64,000 nucleotides of DNA from Faecousia sp. (GTDB taxonomy: Bacteria > Bacillota > Clostridia > Oscillospirales > Oscillospiraceae): assembly GCA_045606145.1 (NCBI GenBank), contig JAZURG010000204.1, forward strand, positions 10,472 through 74,471. The letters are read 5' to 3'. The translations under genes and the position numbers were made by a program. The notes beneath the pieces were generated by a model. It was not told the origin of the DNA and ran no database searches. It saw nothing but the letters and a program-made list of their open reading frames with translations. Below, piece after piece: positions 1-7,883 of this stretch (the first letter of the stretch is position 1; every line of letters starts with the position of its first letter).

Positions 1-889
1 CGTCCAGATTAAAGAAGCTGTGACCCAGGAAATCGGTGTTTACACTCCGGCCCGGCTCTGCCCGGAACAGCTTGGTATAGCAGGGCAAATTGCTATGAAT
101 CAAAAAATCAATATGGAAACCCGCACCGATGGATTGGCTGGGATAGGACCACTCAGAAATCAAGACACACTCCGGGTATTTGGTGTCAAAGATCTCACGA
201 ATTTCCTGCCAGAAAGCGGTGATACCCTTTTGGTCGGGGTCGTTTTTAATCAGAGAAGCGGCCATGTCTACACGGAAGCCGTCGGCACCCAGTGAAATCC
301 AGTAGTCCATGATATGGATCAATTCCTGCTTGGTGGCCCGGCAATCCGGATGGTCCATAGGAAGCTGCCAAGCGGGATCATCAATTTGCGCGAAACCGTA
401 GTTTAAGGCAGGCTGGCAGTAGAAGAAGTTTTTCATATACTTGCCATCACGCTGCCCGTAACCGCCAACACTGTCGGCGCAATCTTTTAACCAACTGTCG
501 GTCCAGACATAACGATTGGAATATTGATTCTTGTCTGCCTTGCAAGACTCCTGAAACCAAGGACACTCCAGAGCGGTGTGCCCTGCGACCAGATCAACGA
601 TAACTTTAATGCCCATTGTATGAGCCTTCTGGCACAGAGTACGGAAATCCCCATTGGTGCCGTAACGGGGTGCAACCTTGTAAAAATCCGTCACGTCATA
701 GCCTGCATCCCGAAAGGGAGACTCATAAAATGGATTCAGCCAGATGGCGGTGAAACCCATATCCTGTATGTAATCCAGCTTTTCACAAATGCCGTTGAGA
801 TCACCGATACCGTCCCCGTTGGTGTCGTAAAAGGATTGCGGGTAGATGTTGTAGAAAACGGCATTTTCTAACCAGGATACTTTATGCAT
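1..889 (-). CDS. GH13 alpha-amylase-family glycosidase (oligo-1,6-glucosidase/trehalose synthase-like), runs off window start
   Basis: Not in ORF track (no stop in window). Manual translation from ATG at 889 (RBS AGGAGG at 895-900): MHKVSWLENAVFYNIYPQSFYDTNGDGIGDLNGI...WLNPFYESPFRDAGYDVTDF...VDLVAGHT, the classic GH13 N-terminus. Confidence 0.9.
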   Translation of the reverse strand, partial: MHKVSWLENAVFYNIYPQSFYDTNGDGIGDLNGICEKLDYIQDMGFTAIWLNPFYESPFRDAGYDVTDFYKVAPRYGTNGDFRTLCQKAHTMGIKVIVDLVAGHTALECPWFQESCKADKNQYSNRYVWTDSWLKDCADSVGGYGQRDGKYMKNFFYCQPALNYGFAQIDDPAWQLPMDHPDCRATKQELIHIMDYWISLGADGFRVDMAASLIKNDPDQKGITAFWQEIREIFDTKYPECVLISEWSYPSQSIGAGFHIDFLIHSNLPCYTKLFRAEPGRSVNTDFLGHSFFNLD

Positions 890-980
890 AGCAACCTCCT
901 GAGTGTATAAGAAATGACATTATTTTCGCACAGACTGCCGTGAAAATCAAGTGAAATTTACGCCATGGGGGCATAAGCAC

Positions 981-1009
981 TTGACGATTTGGTGATGATG
1001 TGGTAATAT
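981..1009 (+). promoter_or_regulatory. sigma-A promoter of tRNA-Leu
   Basis: TTGACG-17 bp-TAATAT with TG extended -10, 10 bp before the tRNA. Confidence 0.7.
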
Positions 1010-1019
1010 GACACAGCAC

Positions 1020-1106
1020 GCCGTTGTGGTGGAACAGGTAGACACAAGGGACTTAAAATCCCTCGGAGTAAAATCCGTACCGGTTCGATTCCGGTCAGCG
1101 GCACCA
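1020..1106 (+). tRNA. tRNA-Leu(TAA)
   Basis: GCCGTTG/CAGCGGC acceptor stem, AGGGA-CTTAAAA-TCCCT anticodon arm, long variable arm, GGTTCGATTCC T-arm, encoded CCA. Confidence 0.97.
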
Positions 1107-1401
1107 GAAAAGGCACCCCAACAGGGGTTCCTTTTCTGGTGCCGGGACCGGGAATCGAACCCATCTAACAGCAAGTGTCCGGTGGACACTTGCTGTCCCC
1201 AGTGCAAACACTGGGGACTACTATGGTTTTCTTTCGCAGCAGCGAAAGAAAACGCAAATCGATTCCGGTCAGCAATGAAAGGTCAAAGGCACCCCAACAG
1301 GGGTGCCTTTTCTGGTGCCGGGACCCGGAACCGAACCCATCTAAATGCAAGTGTCCGGTGGACACATGCTGTCTCCAGTGCAAACACTGGGGACTACCAT
1401 G
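1086..1401. repeat. Two imperfect tandem copies (~140 bp; 1086-1224 and 1260-1401) of tRNA 3' end + hairpin + antisense tRNA end + multi-hairpin core; third partial copy at 2466-2495
   Basis: Shared CGATTCCGGTCAGC, AAAGGCACCCCAACAGGGGT.CCTTTTCTGGTGCCGGGACC, GCAAGTGTCCGGTGGACAC.TGC and CCAGTGCAAACACTGGGGACTAC. Confidence 0.92.
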
Positions 1402-1529
1402 ATACGAGCAAACATTTTTTCTCAACGGCTCACCCATACGTCCTAGCACGAAACCTCGTGGGCCACTAGGAAAGAAGAAACTGAGATAAACAACAAGACA
1501 CACCAATACGGCGTGTCTTGCTGCGATGT

Positions 1530-2117
1530 TTAGAATAAATTGTGCTCGTTTAACACCAGTGCTTCTGCCCAGTACTGAGGGAATTTCTCACGAATGAAAT
1601 TTACGCTGGGGTGCGCAGGGTCATTCAGCAAGTTGTTCCGTTTGATAAAACGAGTGATGTGTCCACGGATTACATCTTTCCTCCATTGCGGTAAATCTTC
1701 ATAATGTTCGTAGATGAATTTCCCCTGTGCTTCATAGCTTAGAATCTCTTCGTATACATTCTCGATGTAATCGCAGTCTGTGATAGGAACAACTGCACTG
1801 GATGTTGCACAAGTAGGCACATGCGAATCTGGGTTGGTGGCATAATCCCCATCGCAGTGGTAGATATATCCCGAAACACCTTTATAGAAATACTCCAGCG
1901 CATTAGGGAACATTTCTTGGAACACGAGTGTTCCATCTTTACGAATGTCCACCATTGGCATTTTTATCCCAAGCCGTTCTGTATCCCAAATATAATGCAA
2001 TGCTAGTTGCTTGCTGCTCGTTAGATACACTAAGGGTTCTTGTATGTGTGCGCCAACAGGCAGATGGGGGCGCAATTCCGTTAGTCCTTTGATGGTTGAA
2101 CCGTGATAGAACTTCAT
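1530..2117 (-). CDS. Hypothetical protein, possible ADP-ribosyltransferase-like fold (Arr-like motifs)
   Basis: ATG at 2117 preceded by AGGAGG; MKFYHGS...VYLTSSKQLALHY...GYIY; AT-rich relative to the flanks. Confidence 0.75.
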   Translation of the reverse strand: MKFYHGSTIKGLTELRPHLPVGAHIQEPLVYLTSSKQLALHYIWDTERLGIKMPMVDIRKDGTLVFQEMFPNALEYFYKGVSGYIYHCDGDYATNPDSHVPTCATSSAVVPITDCDYIENVYEEILSYEAQGKFIYEHYEDLPQWRKDVIRGHITRFIKRNNLLNDPAHPSVNFIREKFPQYWAEALVLNEHNLF

Positions 2118-2186
2118 AGTAATACCTCCTGTAAATAATAGGCTAGCCAACAGCAATCTATCACAGCATAATAATAACTACAAGTC

Positions 2187-2215
2187 TTGAAATATATGTT
2201 TTTTTGTGCTATAAT
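2187..2215 (+). promoter_or_regulatory. Near-consensus sigma-A promoter with no downstream CDS before a terminator
   Basis: TTGAAA-17 bp-TATAAT with TG extended -10. Confidence 0.65.
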
Positions 2216-2293
2216 ACTTATGAAGAGAGGATAGAAATAACGCCTCAAAAGTTATGAAATCCTAGATATTTTCAGCTAACTACTAACATTTTT

Positions 2294-2320
2294 AAAGGGA
2301 GCTATGTAGCTCCTTTTTTT
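2294..2320 (+). terminator. Intrinsic terminator
   Basis: AAAGGGAGCTA-TG-TAGCTCCTTTTTTT hairpin plus T-run. Confidence 0.7.
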
Positions 2321-2667
2321 CGCCTCTTTTTCTAATTCTACTGGGAGTGACTGGTTAAAGGTTGCCCATGCGGTATTTTGTGGACAATTAGATAAGGGGC
2401 AATTTCGCGGCTGAATTGAAGTCGGGAATATTGATTCAAATTTGGATTACTCACTTGCACCACAAAATCGAACCCATCTAAATACAAGTGTCCGGCATCT
2501 ATCATACGCTGCCGCAATTCATTATTTTGCAGATTACATTTGGATTCTTCTCCCCACGATTGCTATAATAAATTCAAGAAATTGTAACAGAATGATTATA
2601 AATTATTCAGCGTTGATTTGGCTTTGCGGAGTATAATAACCATAATCTGTTAAGTAAGGGTGATACG

Positions 2668-4239
2668 ATGAAACATACCAAGTTGGTGGCTCTTTTATTG
2701 ACACTGGCGCTTCTTCTGACGGCATGCAGTACAAAACAGGAAGAACAGACTCCCACAGTACAATCCCCTGCGGCACCTGTTTATAATGACGCGACCCAGA
2801 TCATTCTGAGTGACCGTGGCATCACTGTGGACGGAAATCCTGCGGCTGCAGACAATACCGCGGCGGTATACACAGCCAACGATATTGTGTACTACGAATC
2901 CGGCAAGGATTTCACCTACGGCGAGGGCAGTGAGAAGGATGCCCACACCCCGGATGAGGCAGCAGCCCACACTGTGGTGCATATTACAAAACCCGGTGTC
3001 TACAGCTTAAGCGGCAAGCTGTCTCTTGGACAGATCGCGATAGATCTGGGTGATGATGCCAAGAAAAATCCCGACGCTGTGGTGACATTGGTTTTGAACG
3101 GTGTGGATATTACCTGTGAGGTTGCTCCTGCGGTGATCTTCTACAATGTCTATGAGTGCGGAAGCGATGATACAGAAAAGGCATCCAAAGATGTAGATAC
3201 CGCCGCTGCCGGCGCCAATGTAATCATCGCCGATGGTACGGTCAATACCGTGAACGGTTCCTATGTGGAACGGATTTATAAGCCGGACTCCGTTGTTTTG
3301 AATGAAGACAAAACGGAGGTTGAAGATGCCAAGAAGCTGCATAAATATGACGGCGCTTTTTACTCCAAACGGTCCATGAACATTTTTGGCGGCAAGGAGA
3401 ACACCGGTGTTTTGAACATTAAGGCCGAAAACGAGGGTCTTGACAGCGAGATGCACCTGACCATCAACGGTGGCAACATTTCTATTGCGTCAGGCAATGA
3501 TGGCATCAACACCAACGAAGACGGTGTTTCGGTGACTACTGTCAACGGCGGTAAGCTGACCATTAAGGTTACCGGTGAAACCGGCGAGGGCGACGGCATC
3601 GACTCCAACGGCTGGCTGGTGATCAATGGCGGCACAGTGGTCGCCGCGGCCTGTTCCAACAGCGCCGATGCGGGTATTGATTCGGACATGGGAATCCACA
3701 TCAATGGAGGAACGGTAATTGCAACCGGCCATATGCTGGACCGAATCGAGGACGGCGGACAGAACTATGCTGTGTTTCACTTTGCCCAAAGACAAACCGG
3801 CAGTGAAACCGTTGTGATGAAGGATCAAAAGGGCAAAGCCATTCTGGAAGCAAGACCCGAAAATGCCTATTCTGTTTTGATTCTCAGCAGTGCCGATCTG
3901 AATGCCGGAACCTACACCCTCTGGAGCGATGGAAAGCAGCTTGCGGGCAGCTCCGGCGGTATGATGGGTGGCCCCGGGATGAGACCCGGCGGCATGGACA
4001 GACCGGAACAACCCGACGATATTGGTCCGCCTGTGGATGGGCAAAGACCTCCCGAAGGCTTCACATCACCGGAAGGCGGCACCCCGCCGGAAGATGGCAG
4101 CCGTCCCGAAATGCCGGGTGGCAGCAGACCTGGGAATCCCGGAGACAATTTCATGGACACCCAAGCGTCGACCCCCGATTTTGTTATCCGTGCCGGGGGG
4201 AACATGTTCGGCGGAGTATCCTATTTCACCGGACAGTAA
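2668..4239 (+). CDS. Carbohydrate-binding domain lipoprotein (Cthe_2159/DUF4353 beta-helix)
   Basis: Lipobox LLLTAC; repeated INGG..I.A..DGIDSNG motifs; Gly/Pro/Met-rich C-terminal linker. Confidence 0.85.
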   Translation: MKHTKLVALLLTLALLLTACSTKQEEQTPTVQSPAAPVYNDATQIILSDRGITVDGNPAAADNTAAVYTANDIVYYESGKDFTYGEGSEKDAHTPDEAAAHTVVHITKPGVYSLSGKLSLGQIAIDLGDDAKKNPDAVVTLVLNGVDITCEVAPAVIFYNVYECGSDDTEKASKDVDTAAAGANVIIADGTVNTVNGSYVERIYKPDSVVLNEDKTEVEDAKKLHKYDGAFYSKRSMNIFGGKENTGVLNIKAENEGLDSEMHLTINGGNISIASGNDGINTNEDGVSVTTVNGGKLTIKVTGETGEGDGIDSNGWLVINGGTVVAAACSNSADAGIDSDMGIHINGGTVIATGHMLDRIEDGGQNYAVFHFAQRQTGSETVVMKDQKGKAILEARPENAYSVLILSSADLNAGTYTLWSDGKQLAGSSGGMMGGPGMRPGGMDRPEQPDDIGPPVDGQRPPEGFTSPEGGTPPEDGSRPEMPGGSRPGNPGDNFMDTQASTPDFVIRAGGNMFGGVSYFTGQ

Positions 4240-4348
4240 GAAAAACTGTGACGGATTGATGTATTGCTGATACATGCAGCGCTTGCGACAAGTGCGTTCC
4301 TTTTTGAGCAATTGCATTGACAAATGATATATATTACAACGGAAAAGC

Positions 4349-4382
4349 AACCGCCCCGGGGTGTCAGATACCCCGGGGCGGT
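4349..4382. other. GC-rich hairpin in intergenic region
   Basis: ACCGCCCCGGGGT...ACCCCGGGGCGGT inverted repeat; no clear T-tract. Confidence 0.5.
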
Positions 4383-4491
4383 GTTCGTCAAAACAGCTAA
4401 AAGAAACGGGGAAAGATTGGTCACATAGCGAATAGCTATAGCGCAGCCAGATGATTATAATAACCGGAGAATTCCCAAAAGAGGTGCTTGT

Positions 4492-5289
4492 ATGGAACAG
4501 CTATGCCGGTCGATCAATATGCCGGAAGAAGTCACACAGCAAATGGTATCACTGCACGAAATAATGGAGATGCATTCCTTTCTGCCGCTGCTGATGAAGA
4601 GGGAAACATGGCAGATGGGCCTTGCGCAAATGAAGGAGGACCTGGGAGAGGACCCTCGGGGCATGAAGGCACTGTGCAGCATGCTCCGCTGCGCATTGCT
4701 GGCCAGAGAGACATATGACCAGTTAGGCATTTCGGAAGAAATCTATATAGCTACCATGGGTGCATTTTCCCGCTTTGTCAGAGAGAATATGGAAAGCTAT
4801 GGCTTTTATGGTTTCACCCGGGAATCCTGGACTACCCGTCAGGTTTCCGGTACGCTGCTCCGGATCGGCCAGATGGAATACGAGATCAAAACAGTAAATG
4901 ATGAGAAGATGGTGGCCTTCCATATTCCCACAGATGTGGATTTTCGTCCGCAGGTATTGCGTCCATCCGTGAAAGAGGGCATTGCCGAGATATTTCGGTT
5001 GTTTCCGGATTATGCGGATGCCACCGTCTACTGCCAATCCTGGCTGATGTCCCCGCTGCTGAAGGATTTCCTGCCGGAGGGTTCCAACATCCTGAAATTC
5101 CAGGAGATGTTTGATATGGAACCGGAGGGGATCCCAAGTAAGCTTTTGCTGACATGGGTGTTTAAAAACCCGAAACTGCCCCCGGAGGATTATCCCGAAG
5201 ACACCAGCCTTCAAAGGAAGCTGAAGAAGTTTTTGCTGGAGGGCGGAGAGTTCTTGGACGGAAGAGGATATTTGAAAAAACAACTGTAA
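4492..5289 (+). CDS. Acyltransferase-domain protein (DUF5596 / GNAT-like C-terminal)
   Basis: LLRIGQMEYE, HIP, CQSWLMSP.L...L...SNI.KFQ and PEDTSLQR motifs; RBS AGAGGTG. Confidence 0.75.
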   Translation: MEQLCRSINMPEEVTQQMVSLHEIMEMHSFLPLLMKRETWQMGLAQMKEDLGEDPRGMKALCSMLRCALLARETYDQLGISEEIYIATMGAFSRFVRENMESYGFYGFTRESWTTRQVSGTLLRIGQMEYEIKTVNDEKMVAFHIPTDVDFRPQVLRPSVKEGIAEIFRLFPDYADATVYCQSWLMSPLLKDFLPEGSNILKFQEMFDMEPEGIPSKLLLTWVFKNPKLPPEDYPEDTSLQRKLKKFLLEGGEFLDGRGYLKKQL

Positions 5290-5300
5290 ATCTAAGAGGG

Positions 5301-5334
5301 AAGCGCAGTGCTGCATTTCGCGGCACTGCGCTTT
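5301..5334 (+). terminator. Terminator hairpin after the acyltransferase gene
   Basis: AAGCGCAGTGCTGC-ATTTC-GCGGCACTGCGCTTT. Confidence 0.65.
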
Positions 5335-5718
5335 ATCTGTTTCCTCCGGAAAAAGAATTCCGCTGACCCGTTCAAAGCTTGTTCGGACGTTGGATTCCAG
5401 CTGTTCACAGACTCCCCCGAATATGCCGATACAATAGGAATTCAGGGATTCTTCATACACTGCAAAGGCATTTACATCAGGAGATTCAATCAGAAACAGT
5501 TTTACATCCGGAAGAACAATACTGTTTTCTATCTGATAGTATTCTCGGAAAACCTGAAGGAAGTTGTCCCCAACATCCAGAATCTGAAACAAGCTGGATT
5601 CCCGATCCGCCGCATAGGTGTGACCCTGAAATAATCTGCCGCTGAGATTAAAGACATAATCTTCTTCCGGCTTGTCATATTCTTTCGGCAAGTAGTCTTC
5701 TGCTTTGCGTTTAGCCAT
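5335..5718 (-). pseudogene. Truncated gene fragment (possible M48/U49-like peptidase N-terminus)
   Basis: First ~128 codons are protein-like (…ESPDVNAFAVYEESLNSYCIGIFGG…) with RBS GAGGA; the ORF then reads through the 5301-5334 hairpin into the antisense of 4492-5289. Confidence 0.45.
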
Positions 5719-5792
5719 ATTATTCCTCGATGGAAATGTGTAAGTTCTGCATAGCCTGCATTATGAACGAACCATAGGACAAAAGTATCAAA

Positions 5793-6773
5793 CTAAAATC
5801 CCTTTTTCAGCCGGTTCTTCAAAGCACATGTACCCCAAAAGGAGACTTTCGCAAGCGTGAACCAAACCTTATTACTGCCATCAACACCGGCACATTCTTT
5901 GAAAGCGATACCACACTGGCGGACAATCTCATTGATTTTCGCTTTTGCGACAGTTCGTTGCTCTCCGGAAAGATGAATCAAGGACATCTGTCCGGCATAG
6001 ATGCAGCTTCCAAAGAGGTTCAATCTCGCCTGTTGGCTCAGTTTTGGGAATTTGGAATCTATGTACTGCTGTCTTTGCAGCTTCGCTTCCAGAGCATCCA
6101 GCCGCTTCAGGGAGTAGGTTTCACCCATAATGCTGCCGGGACGCTGGAAGTAGAAGTAAAGGACATCAGAGATTTTAGCAACCTTATTTGCGTTTCCAAA
6201 CACCTGATAAGTCCAGAACTCGTCTTCGTTGGTTTTGCCTTTCGGAAACATAATATCGGCGATCACTTCCCGGCGGTACAGTTTGTTCCACACATGCTGA
6301 TGGAAAGCGCCATCGTGAATCAACTGCTCCATCGCCTCAGATGTTTCATATACTTCCGGCATTTCGTGCGCAACAGCAGGAACTTCGTCTGCGCCGTGGG
6401 TTTTGAGAATGCCACACTCGCAGATATTCGCACCGGTTTTCTGCATGGCTTCCAGGATCCGTTCCAGATACTCCGGTGCGACCCAGTCATCGCTGTCAAC
6501 GAAGGCAATATACTCGCTCTGGGCAAGTTTCAAGCCCGCATTTCTTGCATCAGAAAGCCCGCCGTTGGCCTTGTGAATCACCCGCACACGGGCATCCATA
6601 GCGGCATATTCGTCGCAAATCGCACCGCAATTATCCGGCGATCCGTCATCCACCAGGATCAGTTCAAAATCCGCATAAGTCTGCTTCAGCAGGGAATCCA
6701 CGCAGCGCTGCAGATAAGGTTCTACATTATAGATGGGCACTATGATACTGATATTAGGTTTGGAGTTATCCAT
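5793..6773 (-). CDS. Glycosyltransferase family 2
   Basis: ISIIVPIYNVE, LVDDGSPD, GGLSDARNAG, FVDSDD. Confidence 0.95.
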   Translation of the reverse strand: MDNSKPNISIIVPIYNVEPYLQRCVDSLLKQTYADFELILVDDGSPDNCGAICDEYAAMDARVRVIHKANGGLSDARNAGLKLAQSEYIAFVDSDDWVAPEYLERILEAMQKTGANICECGILKTHGADEVPAVAHEMPEVYETSEAMEQLIHDGAFHQHVWNKLYRREVIADIMFPKGKTNEDEFWTYQVFGNANKVAKISDVLYFYFQRPGSIMGETYSLKRLDALEAKLQRQQYIDSKFPKLSQQARLNLFGSCIYAGQMSLIHLSGEQRTVAKAKINEIVRQCGIAFKECAGVDGSNKVWFTLAKVSFWGTCALKNRLKKGF

Positions 6774-6794
6774 AGTGTATCGCCCTTTCATACT

Positions 6795-7883
6795 TTATTT
6801 TTCAAACTGCGACTTATTAGGAAATATTCCTTCATAGAGGGCGATAAGCTCCCGGTCGATTCTATCGACTTCTTCGCTTGTAAGGTTATCCCTATCGAAT
6901 AAGCATATCATTTTTACCTTTTTGCTTTGATAGACATTTGCAATCTCCCAAATATTCTCGATGGCCACGCAGGCACCCCAATTCGCTTTGGCTGGTTCAA
7001 AGTTTCCTTGCAAAATATCTTCAATCGAGAAAATCTGATGTGTGATCTGATGAAAATCGCGGACCTTTTGCTTGCAGGAATATACGCACTCCGCTTCGTA
7101 CTTTTTCCACGTTTGCGCCATTGTCGATTTACAATAGGGGGCGCCCATATGGGTAAAGTACATACTCGGAATACCCGCGTTTCTCCAGGCTTCCAAGTTG
7201 TATTTTAGCAGACGGCCGTACTTGTACGAAAACCACTTACTCGGGAACTTCTTCATACATTCCTGGATGTTGTTCTTCTTATTGGCGGCGCCATAAGTAT
7301 TAAAGAAAAGATAGGTTGGAACTTCGTTGTCACGATTGATATAAGGGTAAGCGACACCAGTATGCAGTGGCTTTCCCCCGGAGAAGAAATCGGAAGGCTT
7401 GACTGGCCGTGCCAAAAGCACATCGTCATTGAAATAGACAAAATGCTCACTCAAGTCGGGAATGCGAAATAAATTCAACTCAAGAGGCTGGCAATTAAAA
7501 GTAGGCAGATATTCTGCAGGCACATAGTCCCTATGGTTGACGATCCGAAGCTTGGGGCAATCCACCTTAAGCCACTCCGGCACATGGCTCCAAGTGACCA
7601 AATGAACATACCGAACCCATGGTGCATAGGTTTCCACAGCCCGGAACCAATAGCGAAAACTGGACCAGTCACGATATCTGCACACACCATTTCCGGATGC
7701 CGCCTGTTCGTGCAAGCCAAGAGTTTCCGCTCGCTCCTTTTGCCATGCGGGGTCATTGCCATCCACCCATGTAACTACAAAGTCAATAGGATAATCAAGT
7801 CTTTCGTTCTTCACAAACTTTAACGATGCCAATAATCCGCCAAAAATTAACTTAAGTTCTTCAACTCTGTGTTGCAGTCCCAT
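6795..7883 (-). CDS. Stealth-family hexose-1-phosphate transferase (CpsY/LcbA-like)
   Basis: CR1 PIDFVVTWVDGND, CR2 RYRDW..FRYWFRAVE.YAPW, PTFN, EHFVYFNDD. Confidence 0.92.
   Translation of the reverse strand: MGLQHRVEELKLIFGGLLASLKFVKNERLDYPIDFVVTWVDGNDPAWQKERAETLGLHEQAASGNGVCRYRDWSSFRYWFRAVETYAPWVRYVHLVTWSHVPEWLKVDCPKLRIVNHRDYVPAEYLPTFNCQPLELNLFRIPDLSEHFVYFNDDVLLARPVKPSDFFSGGKPLHTGVAYPYINRDNEVPTYLFFNTYGAANKKNNIQECMKKFPSKWFSYKYGRLLKYNLEAWRNAGIPSMYFTHMGAPYCKSTMAQTWKKYEAECVYSCKQKVRDFHQITHQIFSIEDILQGNFEPAKANWGACVAIENIWEIANVYQSKKVKMICLFDRDNLTSEEVDRIDRELIALYEGIFPNKSQFEK

Noticed and set aside
1086-1401. Possible CRISPR array
   Set aside because: Only two long (~140 bp) imperfect units, no short repeat/unique spacer periodicity, and no cas genes.
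947-1506. Several overlapping short ORFs (e.g. 1008-1469, 1165-1506) with repeated KCPVDTCC
   Set aside because: They are translations of the tRNA and palindromic repeats, not Cys-rich peptides.
4723-5334. C-terminal 200 aa of ORF 4723-5718
   Set aside because: Lies antisense to the well-supported 4492-5289 gene and crosses its terminator.
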